A stretch of DNA of 64,000 nucleotides from Candidatus Latescibacterota bacterium (GTDB lineage: Bacteria; Latescibacterota; UBA2968; GCA-2709665). The DNA is taken from assembly GCA_965248435.1 (NCBI GenBank), contig OZ252100.1:3104001-3168000 (forward strand). Direction: 5' to 3'. Under the pieces are notes generated by a model. The model did no database searches, had not been told where the DNA came from, and was given only the letters and a program-made list of their open reading frames with translations. This document shows positions 56,689-64,000 of the stretch, piece after piece (within the stretch, counting starts at the first letter, position 1; every line of letters begins with the position of its first letter). Both the position numbers and the translations under genes were made by a program.

Positions 56689-58206
56689 CTAGGAGAAACA
56701 CTTTTGGAGATAGGCCAGATCGAGTCCTGGATAGACCGGAAACCGCTCGAGCAGATCGCTGACACGTGACTTTGCTGCTTCGAGGGTCTCCCCGTCAACG
56801 CGATACCTCGCCTTGCTTAGCTCTCCTGCACTCTTCCCTTTCTTGATCTTCGACGGCCGAGTTACGGAGAGGATCTGCTTCATGATGGACGCGATTTCCC
56901 GCATTTCTTCTCCGCCCATCCCGAGGGTTGTGAGCGCCGGCGTGCCGATTCTGAGCCCGCTCGTGTACCACGGGCCGTTGACGTCAAACGGAAGCGCGTT
57001 CCGGTTCAGAGTGATGCTGGCTTCACGCACGGCAGATTCTGCCTGACGCCCTGTGAGGCCGAAGGTTGTGACGTCGAGGAGCATCAGGTGGTTGTCGGTT
57101 CCGCCTGTGAGGATCTTCATTCCCTCCTGGATGCAGCTTTCCGCGAGGACCCGGGCGTTTTCGATAATTCGCGCCGCGTAGTCTTTGAATGCGTCCGAAC
57201 TGGCCTCCTGCAAGGCGACGGCCTTGGCGGCAAGTGCGTGCGGCAGCGGCCCACCCAGGACGAGCGGACAGCCCTTGTCAACGTGTTCGGCGAATTCCTC
57301 TTTGCATAGGATCAATCCCCCTCGGGGCCCCCTGAGGGTCTTGTGCGTCGTCGTAGTTACGACGTCGGCGTGGGCGACCGGATCGAAATCGCCTTCGAAT
57401 ACCTTTCCCGCCACGAGCCCTGAGAAGTGCGCCATGTCCACCATGAATACGGCGCCCACTTCCTCCGCTATCTCTCTGAAGATCCTGAAGTTGATCTTCC
57501 GGGGGTAGGCGCTGTAACCGGCGAGGAGGATGAGCGGCTTGAAGGCCGCCGCCTGTTCCCTGAGCTTGTCGTAGTCGATGAGGCTGGTTTCGGGGTCGAC
57601 GCTGTAAGATTCGCTAATGAACATGCGGGCAGATACGTTGTGTCTGTAGCCGTGAGTCAGGTGACCGCCGGAGTAGTAGTCCATCCCCAACAGCCGCTGG
57701 TTCCCAAGGGCGGATCGGATTCTCTCCCATTCCTCGTCTGAAAGCTTTGACGGGTCGGGCTGGTCGAGTGCTTCCATCATTGGGGCCTGAATCCGGGCAG
57801 AGAGGATGGCCCAGAAGGCCACCAGGTTCGCGTCGGCCCCCGAGTGAGGCTGAGCGTAGGCGTGATCCGCCCCAAAAAGGGCACACGCCAGGTCGGCCGC
57901 GTGGCTCTCCACCGTGTCTACGTTGTCACAGCCTGCATAGAAGCGGTGGTATGGGTAGCCTTCGGCATATTTGTCAGTGAACAGGTTGCCCTGGGCGAGC
58001 TGAACGGCGAGCGAGCAATAGTTCTCGCTCGCGATCATCTTTAGATTTCCACGCTGGTCGGTCAGCTCTGAGACGATGGCCTTTGCGACTTCCGGAGAGG
58101 ATGCGTGGACGATTTCCAACGCGGCGAGGTAGGCGATGAATCCGGGGTCCGGCCGCTTGTCCGGGGCGGAGGCGAGGTAGCTTGCAAGCGGGGACGGAGA
58201 AGCCAT
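56689..58206 (-). CDS. glyA: serine hydroxymethyltransferase (long, about 505-aa form)
   Basis: [36 protein letters not shown]. Confidence 0.95.
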   Translation of the reverse strand: MASPSPLASYLASAPDKRPDPGFIAYLAALEIVHASSPEVAKAIVSELTDQRGNLKMIASENYCSLAVQLAQGNLFTDKYAEGYPYHRFYAGCDNVDTVESHAADLACALFGADHAYAQPHSGADANLVAFWAILSARIQAPMMEALDQPDPSKLSDEEWERIRSALGNQRLLGMDYYSGGHLTHGYRHNVSARMFISESYSVDPETSLIDYDKLREQAAAFKPLILLAGYSAYPRKINFRIFREIAEEVGAVFMVDMAHFSGLVAGKVFEGDFDPVAHADVVTTTTHKTLRGPRGGLILCKEEFAEHVDKGCPLVLGGPLPHALAAKAVALQEASSDAFKDYAARIIENARVLAESCIQEGMKILTGGTDNHLMLLDVTTFGLTGRQAESAVREASITLNRNALPFDVNGPWYTSGLRIGTPALTTLGMGGEEMREIASIMKQILSVTRPSKIKKGKSAGELSKARYRVDGETLEAAKSRVSDLLERFPVYPGLDLAYLQKCFS

Positions 58207-58324
58207 TGGGGAACCTCCTTGAATCTAGGATAAAAAATGACCCAGGCTTTGGACGGCCCAGGTCGTCACATCAAACCACACCCAAGATATCTGAAAAATT
58301 TGCAACGTCAACCTCAATTTCCCC

Positions 58325-58353
58325 TTGCTCGCTCGCAGCGGTGGACCTATATT
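58325..58353 (+). promoter_or_regulatory. sigma70 promoter for the pyrB leader
   Basis: TTGCTC-17 nt-TATATT. Confidence 0.55.
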
Positions 58354-58363
58354 CCCGTTTCAA

Positions 58364-58417
58364 ATGAAGCGCATACAAGGTTTCCGGACACGGTTTCGGT
58401 GGAGGCTCTCCCTCTAG
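58364..58417 (+). CDS. candidate 17-aa leader peptide MKRIQGFRTRFRWRLSL
   Basis: ATG about 10 nt after the -10 box; TAG falls in the loop of the downstream terminator. Confidence 0.35.
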   Translation: MKRIQGFRTRFRWRLSL

Positions 58418-58434
58418 AGGGGGAGTTTTTTTTT
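58408..58434 (+). terminator. intrinsic terminator/attenuator upstream of pyrB
   Basis: ctccctc-taga-gggggag followed by T9, 20 nt before the pyrB ATG. Confidence 0.75.
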
Positions 58435-58454
58435 GATCTGGATGGGAGATCTCA

Positions 58455-59381
58455 ATGGATAGACTTTTCCACGTGATCGAGGCGCAGCAGTTCGACAAGG
58501 ACCTGCTTGCGAAGATCTTTGCCGTGACCAAGGAGATGGAAGAGGTCGTGAGCCGCTATGGATCCAACATCCTCAATCGGAGGATCATGGCCACACTCTT
58601 CTACGAGCCAAGCACACGCACCCGCTTGTCTTTCGAGGCAGCCATGCGCCGGCTTGGGGGCGGGGTGGTCACGACGGAGAGTGCGACAGAGTTTTCCTCC
58701 GCTGCGAAGGGAGAAACGCTGGAGGACACGATTCGGATCGTGGAGGGCTACTCCGATGTGATCGTGTTGAGACATTTCGAAAGCGGAGCGGCGAAACGTG
58801 CGGCAGATGTCGCATCCGTGCCCATCTTGAGCGCCGGAGACGGGCCAGGCCAACATCCCACGCAGGCGCTGCTGGACGTCTATACGATTAAGAAGGAGAT
58901 CGGGAGGTTGGATGGGATCAAGATGGCGATGGTGGGAGACCTCGCAAACGGACGCACCGTTCGGTCACTGGCCTATCTGATGACCAAATATGCAGATGTG
59001 AAGCTCTACTTCGTGGCTCCGGATGTGGTCCGCATGAAAGACGATATCAAGGAGTACCTGACCCGGAGTGGTGTGTGGTTCGAGGAACGAAAAGACCTGA
59101 TGAGTGTGGTAAAGGAGGTCGACGTTGTCTACCAGACACGCATCCAGCGAGAGCGGTTCGGAGATCGAACCGAGGACTATGAGAAGGCACGGGGCAGTTA
59201 CATCATAGATGCCAGTGTGATGGAGGCCCTTCCCCAGCACGCGCGTGTCATGCACCCCCTTCCCCGCGTGGATGAGATCGACCCTGAAGTGGATTCCGAT
59301 CCGCGCGCGGCCTACTTTCGGCAGGCCCACAACGGGCTCTACATCCGAATGGCGCTTCTACAGATGGTTTTGGATGTGTAA
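58455..59381 (+). CDS. pyrB: aspartate carbamoyltransferase catalytic subunit
   Basis: FYEPSTRT, KGETLEDT, HPTQALLD, TRIQRER, MHPLPR. Confidence 0.95.
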   Translation: MDRLFHVIEAQQFDKDLLAKIFAVTKEMEEVVSRYGSNILNRRIMATLFYEPSTRTRLSFEAAMRRLGGGVVTTESATEFSSAAKGETLEDTIRIVEGYSDVIVLRHFESGAAKRAADVASVPILSAGDGPGQHPTQALLDVYTIKKEIGRLDGIKMAMVGDLANGRTVRSLAYLMTKYADVKLYFVAPDVVRMKDDIKEYLTRSGVWFEERKDLMSVVKEVDVVYQTRIQRERFGDRTEDYEKARGSYIIDASVMEALPQHARVMHPLPRVDEIDPEVDSDPRAAYFRQAHNGLYIRMALLQMVLDV

Positions 59382-59502
59382 AAAGCGCCAATGAATTGCG
59401 GATTGCGGATTGCGGATTGAAAAGCAAAGACCCAGAGAAAACCGGGTACCGGAAGTCAAACCACCGTAGTCACTTTTATTGCCGTTCATCCTTGACGCCC
59501 TG

Positions 59503-59871
59503 TCATGGATTTCTTTCGAAGAGCTGCAGCAGAGTATCGTTTGGTCCCTTGAAGAACCCGAGACGGATCCCTCCTACGCCTGCATCAAACGGCTCCACCT
59601 CCATTTCGGTCCCCTTATCTTTCAGCTTCTGAGCGCTGGCATCCACACTGTCGACGTGAAACGAGATGTGGTGAAATCCCGCGTCCGTGCCCATCGTCTT
59701 CTTCGGCATCAGTTCGAGCGTGAAATCACCCGACTTCAGGAAGACAAAGTCCTCGTCATCTTCGTTCTGGAATCGCTCGGCAACGGTGAGGCCGAGGGTC
59801 TCGGTGTAGAATCTCACTGCGCCTTCGACGTCGTCTGTTACCAATGCCACTTTGTGGATCTTGTCGACCAT
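59503..59871 (-). CDS. VOC/glyoxalase family protein
   Basis: VAL.TDD....FY...LGL, LEL, GFHHISF, FFKGP. Confidence 0.85.
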   Translation of the reverse strand: MVDKIHKVALVTDDVEGAVRFYTETLGLTVAERFQNEDDEDFVFLKSGDFTLELMPKKTMGTDAGFHHISFHVDSVDASAQKLKDKGTEMEVEPFDAGVGGIRLGFFKGPNDTLLQLFERNP

Positions 59872-60678
59872 TCAGGACTCCTTTCTCAAATCCGTGGATC
59901 GTGGATCGTGCGTCGTGTCCTTTCGGACACGACAGGATCGTCGTTCATCACCTATTTGTCGGGTCCGAATCGATTGATGTACAGACGCTCGAGCAGCGAG
60001 CTCATCCATAAGGGCGCGCATAGTATTGTTGATTCGTTTGAACCGACCCTCGTCGGACAACATGCTGGTACCTGTTTGGACAAACGGCCCATCACGTTCT
60101 TCATCTGCGCAGTTGTGAATCAGTCGAGCTGCACCCGTTCGCGTCGTTTCAAGATGAAACTGCAGGGCAACTGCTCGATCCTCATAGGCGAAGGCCTGGT
60201 GCTCACAGCAGTCGCTCTTTGCGATGTGAGTGCAGCCTGCGGGGATGTCGAAGGTATCGCCGTGCCAGTGGAAGGCTTCGACCTCGCGAGGAAAGGAACC
60301 GAAGAGCGATGAATCAGATGCAGTCGGGACTTTCTTGACGGGGAACCAGCCGATCTCCTTGTGGGCATTGGGGTATACCTTCGCCCCGAGCACGTCGGCA
60401 AGGAACTGTGCACCGAGACAGACGCCGAGGATCGTCTTGTCTGCCTTCAACGCCTGCTCGATGGCTCGCTTTTCGAGTGAGAGCCAGGGGTAACGGTTTT
60501 CCTCGTAGACGCTCATCGGGCCGCCCATAATGACCAGGCATTCTATGTCTTCAGGGGGTGGTGGAGATTCCTTGGCGAAGAAACGCGTACGGGTGATTTT
60601 GTGGCCGTTTTCCGTCGCCCAGTCTCTGATGCGGCCGAGGTCTTCGAACGGGACGTGCTGAAAATAGTGCAAGTTCAC
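59872..60678 (-). CDS. class I glutamine amidotransferase-like protein
   Basis: QHVPFE, MGGPMSV, GVCLGAQ, HWHGDTF, LQFHLE; C-terminal tail is repeat-derived. Confidence 0.88.
   Translation of the reverse strand: MNLHYFQHVPFEDLGRIRDWATENGHKITRTRFFAKESPPPPEDIECLVIMGGPMSVYEENRYPWLSLEKRAIEQALKADKTILGVCLGAQFLADVLGAKVYPNAHKEIGWFPVKKVPTASDSSLFGSFPREVEAFHWHGDTFDIPAGCTHIAKSDCCEHQAFAYEDRAVALQFHLETTRTGAARLIHNCADEERDGPFVQTGTSMLSDEGRFKRINNTMRALMDELAARASVHQSIRTRQIGDERRSCRVRKDTTHDPRSTDLRKES
59913..59946. repeat. 34-bp hairpin repeat, copy 2
   Basis: Identical to 47886..47919. Confidence 0.85.
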
Positions 60679-60758
60679 GCTGAAGTCCGCTTAAGTGATC
60701 GAGGTCAAGGGGCTATGACAATGCTCCGAAGTGAGTTCGCCCAACGACTTGGAGCACG

Positions 60759-60796
60759 CAAAACAAGCCCCCGCCGGAAAGGCCGACCGGCGGGGA
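60759..60796 (-). terminator. intrinsic terminator after the cupin gene
   Basis: ccccgccgg/ccggcgggg stem followed on the minus strand by CTTGTTTTG. Confidence 0.55.
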
Positions 60797-60828
60797 CGGA
60801 TCTGCAGACCCCCGATTCTCTGGTGCGA

Positions 60829-61245
60829 CTATGGATTGGGTGGGGACGTACAGATAAGGATTTCGAGGGTATCGTCGCCTGTATTCTCCACCCCGTGTTC
60901 ACACCAGGGTGGCAGGTGAATGAACATGCCCTCTCGGACCTCTCGTTTCTCTCCAGCAAGGGTCATCGTACCTCTGCCCCGCAAGATTACATAACACTCC
61001 TCGGTGTAGTGAGACCCTGGGTTCAGCACGACGTGGGGGGGAACGTAGAATTTCACGAGGCCCAAGTTCTTAGCGGGGGCGTTCGGGTTTGCTGGATGTA
61101 CAATCCGCACGCCGATGCCCTCACATCCGGAATATTTTACGGGCACGCCATCCTGAACCGTAACGACGTTGGCAGAGACAGGTTTGTCGGGCTTTGGAAT
61201 CGGAGGTTCACCCTCATAACCCTTGAACTGCGTGATTTTAGCCAT
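60829..61245 (-). CDS. cupin domain protein
   Basis: H.TEECYVILRG.G, GMFIHLP....HGVEN.G. Confidence 0.85.
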   Translation of the reverse strand: MAKITQFKGYEGEPPIPKPDKPVSANVVTVQDGVPVKYSGCEGIGVRIVHPANPNAPAKNLGLVKFYVPPHVVLNPGSHYTEECYVILRGRGTMTLAGEKREVREGMFIHLPPWCEHGVENTGDDTLEILICTSPPNP

Positions 61246-61266
61246 GTAGAACTCCTTGTTATCGAG

Positions 61267-62061
61267 TCAAAAATCTCGGTGATAGCCCGCGATCCAGCCT
61301 CCATCTACTGGAAGGACGACACCGTTGACATAACTTGCGTCGGGGGAAACGAGGAACAGCACGGCATTCGCGATTTCCTCTGTCTTACCGGGACGACCCA
61401 GCGGGATATGAGAGAGCATGTTCGCCGCCTTCTCCGATTGGAATCCATCCTTTCCATAGAAAAGTTTCTCCGTGCCGCGAGTTAGCGTGGATCCCGGGGC
61501 GACTGCGTTCACGAGGATCCCCTTCGAGCCGAGTTCTATGGCCATCGAACGCGTGAGGTTGGCCACGCCTGCCTTGGCCGCGACGTAGGCGCTCTGCAGG
61601 CGAAGTGGTACAAGCCCCGCAATCGAGCTGATGTTTACGATGCGGCCCCCTCCCGCTTTCAGCATGATCGGGACGACGGCCCGGCTGCAAACGAATACGC
61701 CGGTCAGATCGACTTCCAGGATGCGGTTCCAGTTCTCCAGAGTAAACTCGTGAAGGGGCGCACGGTCGCTGCCGGTGTTGATGCCTGCGTTATTCACGAG
61801 CACGGTTACGCGCTCCCATCTGTCAACGAATTTCGATACGACGTGCTCGATCTGCTTCGGGTCTGAGACATCTCCCTGTATGGCGTGGCAATCGGCTCCG
61901 GACGCCCTCACTTCCTCGGCAGCGGCCTCACCCGCTTCTCCATCCAAATCGACGATGCCCACTTTGGCACCGTTCTCAGCCAGTGCTTGGACGGTGGCCC
62001 GTCCGATCCCGTTGGCGCCACCTGTCACCAAACAAACGTCGTTTTCTAGATCGACTTTCAA
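61267..62061 (-). CDS. SDR family oxidoreductase
   Basis: TGGANGIG, NNAG, YVAAK, PLGR; TTG start 62061 with a GGAGG SD. Confidence 0.9.
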   Translation of the reverse strand: MKVDLENDVCLVTGGANGIGRATVQALAENGAKVGIVDLDGEAGEAAAEEVRASGADCHAIQGDVSDPKQIEHVVSKFVDRWERVTVLVNNAGINTGSDRAPLHEFTLENWNRILEVDLTGVFVCSRAVVPIMLKAGGGRIVNISSIAGLVPLRLQSAYVAAKAGVANLTRSMAIELGSKGILVNAVAPGSTLTRGTEKLFYGKDGFQSEKAANMLSHIPLGRPGKTEEIANAVLFLVSPDASYVNGVVLPVDGGWIAGYHRDF

Positions 62062-62252
62062 GTTTCCACCTCCTCGAGCGGAAGGAGCGTTCGTGCGACT
62101 TCGACAGCCCCGTGCCCGTAGGCATCCGCCTTGATTGATGCGATGATTTGCTTGTGTGGACCGATGCGGCGACGAATTTCGGCGTAGTTGGATTCCAGTG
62201 CCTCGAGGTCCAGTTCCATCCAGACTGGACGCGCTGATGTTTTCGAAGCCAT
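62058..62252 (-). pseudogene. alr: alanine racemase N-terminal fragment (64 aa)
   Basis: RPVWMELDLEALESN...IKADAYGHGAVEVA, then an abrupt stop. Confidence 0.8.
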
Positions 62253-62343
62253 CGCACTCTCTCTGGCCGGAAGGCTTCCCATCGGGCTCCTGAGTTCCAG
62301 ACTCAATCAGAAACATTCAGCTCGAGGCGTGCAGGACATGTGC

Positions 62344-63531
62344 TTATGAGGATGACTTTCTCCACGCCGGGTGCAGCTCGGCTCTTACTCGCTCCAGATC
62401 CAGATCCACGCCTAGACCGGGCCGGTCTGATAGTTCGAGGCGATTCTCGGTCCACTTCAACGGTTCCTGAAGGAAACGATCGTAACCTGGTTTGCTGCTG
62501 ATGCAATGCTCCAGCCTGTAGAAGTTCGGGATGGTCATCGCGACCTGGGCCCCGGCGAGGATCTGCCCTGGACCTTGTGCGTTGTGTGGGCTGACTGGTA
62601 TGTAGTAGGCCTCGGCCATCGTGGCGATCTTCTTAAGCTCTGAAATTCCGCCGGTCCAGACGACGTCCGGCATGATGAAATCGGCCAGACGCTGTTCGAG
62701 GACGGGAACGAAATCGAATCGCGTAAAGAGCCGCTCACCCACGCAGATCGCGGCCAGGATCTGCTCCCGCACGCTTCGAAGCGCGCCGAGGCTCTCCGGC
62801 GGAAGCGGTTCCTCGAACCAGGCGATTCTTGACTCGTCGTAGAGCCTGTTGGCGAGGCGGACGGCGGTCGGGACGTTGAACTGCCCGTGCGCGTCGATCA
62901 GAATTTCGATGTGAGGGCCCACGGCCTCGCGTATTGCGGCGACGATGGCGCTCCCCCGCTCCTCTCCTCGCGCGGAGATCTGGCCGTCCACGTAGGCGGT
63001 GAGGAAGGGGAACATCTCGAGGAAGGGATCCAGCTTCAACGCGTCGTGGCCTTCCTGTACCGTAGCTTCGGCGGCCTGGGCGTATTGCTCGGGCGTTTCG
63101 CATTCTTCGAACCAGGCGTTGGCGTAGAGGCGCAGGCTGTCACGGATCTTGCCGCCCAGGAGCTCGTAGACCGGCCTTCCCAGGGCCTTTCCTTTCAGGT
63201 CCCAGAGGGCGATGTCGATTCCGCTGAGGATGGTGCTCGGAAACCCGCGGGACCCCATGTAGGTATAGCGGCGGTAGAGCTTTTGCCACAAGCGCTCTAT
63301 GTCGGCGGGATCTTCGCCGACGAGCGACTCTCTCACCGACCGGACACCGGCGCCCGTAAGGAGGGAGCCATTGTTCGGGGTGCTGGAGGCCTCGCCCCAT
63401 CCCTGCAGCCCTTCGTCCGTGTCGATGGTGACGAAGGTCCACTGCCATTCGCTGATACCTAACGGATCGTCGTCCTTTTGCCGGCCGTATTCAGGCACGA
63501 CGACGTAGGCGTTTACGTCCGTGATCTTCAC
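62344..63531 (-). CDS. mandelate racemase/galactonate dehydratase-like enolase
   Basis: TDEGLQGWGE, GIDIALWD, LIDAH, WFEEP, GER, SPHN. Confidence 0.9.
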   Translation of the reverse strand: MKITDVNAYVVVPEYGRQKDDDPLGISEWQWTFVTIDTDEGLQGWGEASSTPNNGSLLTGAGVRSVRESLVGEDPADIERLWQKLYRRYTYMGSRGFPSTILSGIDIALWDLKGKALGRPVYELLGGKIRDSLRLYANAWFEECETPEQYAQAAEATVQEGHDALKLDPFLEMFPFLTAYVDGQISARGEERGSAIVAAIREAVGPHIEILIDAHGQFNVPTAVRLANRLYDESRIAWFEEPLPPESLGALRSVREQILAAICVGERLFTRFDFVPVLEQRLADFIMPDVVWTGGISELKKIATMAEAYYIPVSPHNAQGPGQILAGAQVAMTIPNFYRLEHCISSKPGYDRFLQEPLKWTENRLELSDRPGLGVDLDLERVRAELHPAWRKSSS

Positions 63532-63568
63532 GGGCTCAGTCTTTCTGTGGTGGAGTCACCGCTGTTGC

Positions 63569-64000
63569 CTAACGCTTCAAAGGGGCTCCGCCCCGTAGCT
63601 GAACGAGGATCTGATCGTAGAGGTCGGGATCCATTTGCACATCGATCACAGCAGGTCCGTCTGTTTTCAGGGCTTCAGAGAACGCCCTTTCGAATTCTGA
63701 TTCAGATGCGACCTGGACGCCGCGACAGCCGCACGATTCTGCCATCTTGGCAAAGTTTACGGGTCCCAAATCCAACCCCCGTCGCTCGAGGCCTCGAGTC
63801 GCCTGTCGAGACCGTATGGTGCCGAGTCCCCTGTCGTTGAAGACGATGAGGGTCAGTGGAACTTTCATTCGGCCTGCCAGCTCGAGCTCTCCGGCTCGCA
63901 TGAGCAGCCCTCCGTCTCCAACCATGCAGACAATTCGCCGATCACTGCGCAAGAGCCCGGCCGCCAGCGCGGCAGGGAGCGCCAGCCCCATCGTTCGGGC
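63569..64000 (-). CDS. thiamine-pyrophosphate-dependent enzyme, C-terminal part (runs off the window edge)
   Basis: MG.ALPAA, GDGG...FN TPP motif. Confidence 0.85.
   Translation of the reverse strand, partial: ARTMGLALPAALAAGLLRSDRRIVCMVGDGGLLMRAGELELAGRMKVPLTLIVFNDRGLGTIRSRQATRGLERRGLDLGPVNFAKMAESCGCRGVQVASESEFERAFSEALKTDGPAVIDVQMDPDLYDQILVQLRGGAPLKR

Noticed and set aside
58354-58454. PyrR-binding RNA element
   Set aside because: No AGUCC...AGGC/GAGAG-type PyrR loop consensus and no pyrR gene in the window.
62062-62316. N-terminal extension of the SDR (ORF track 349 aa)
   Set aside because: It overlaps the alr fragment in another frame; the TTG at 62061 has a GGAGG SD and gives a normal SDR length.

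Overview
Bacterial chromosomal window, GC-rich, with mostly + strand genes and no rRNA, tRNA, CRISPR array, integrase or transposase. The strong expansion of phytanoyl-CoA-dioxygenase (PhyH) genes and sugar/acid catabolic enzymes resembles uncultured marine FCB-type lineages such as Latescibacterota; this is inference only. Contents in order: a cluster of 7 PhyH-family dioxygenases (one frameshifted, one fused to a ribbon-helix-helix domain); a GH78 rhamnosidase; a housekeeping block (PPIase-surA-S4-methyltransferase-ftsEX-envC-nrnA-argF and nucleotide-sugar genes); two divergent HpcH aldolases; tmRNA followed by two tandem N,N-dimethylformamidase large-subunit-like genes; a STAS-HATPase gene and, 15 kb away, a STAS-wHTH gene; pdxH, trmB and an HDAC-family gene; a betaine-type ABC importer next to egtD; an AttEFGH-like transporter; a hydrolase operon; a nurA-[TIR/SEFIR]-...-HAS-barrel-herA locus; cutA, Mut7-C, glyA, pyrB with a candidate leader-peptide attenuator, a truncated alr; and a minus-strand catabolic operon. 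Intergenic spaces hold several families of short heptamer repeats, REP-like palindromes and MITE-like hairpins. The best candidates for undescribed systems are the TIR protein coupled to nurA, the dioxygenase-RHH fusion, the split STAS-kinase/STAS-wHTH pair and the Arg-rich pyrB leader. All calls come from motifs read by eye; no database searches were run.
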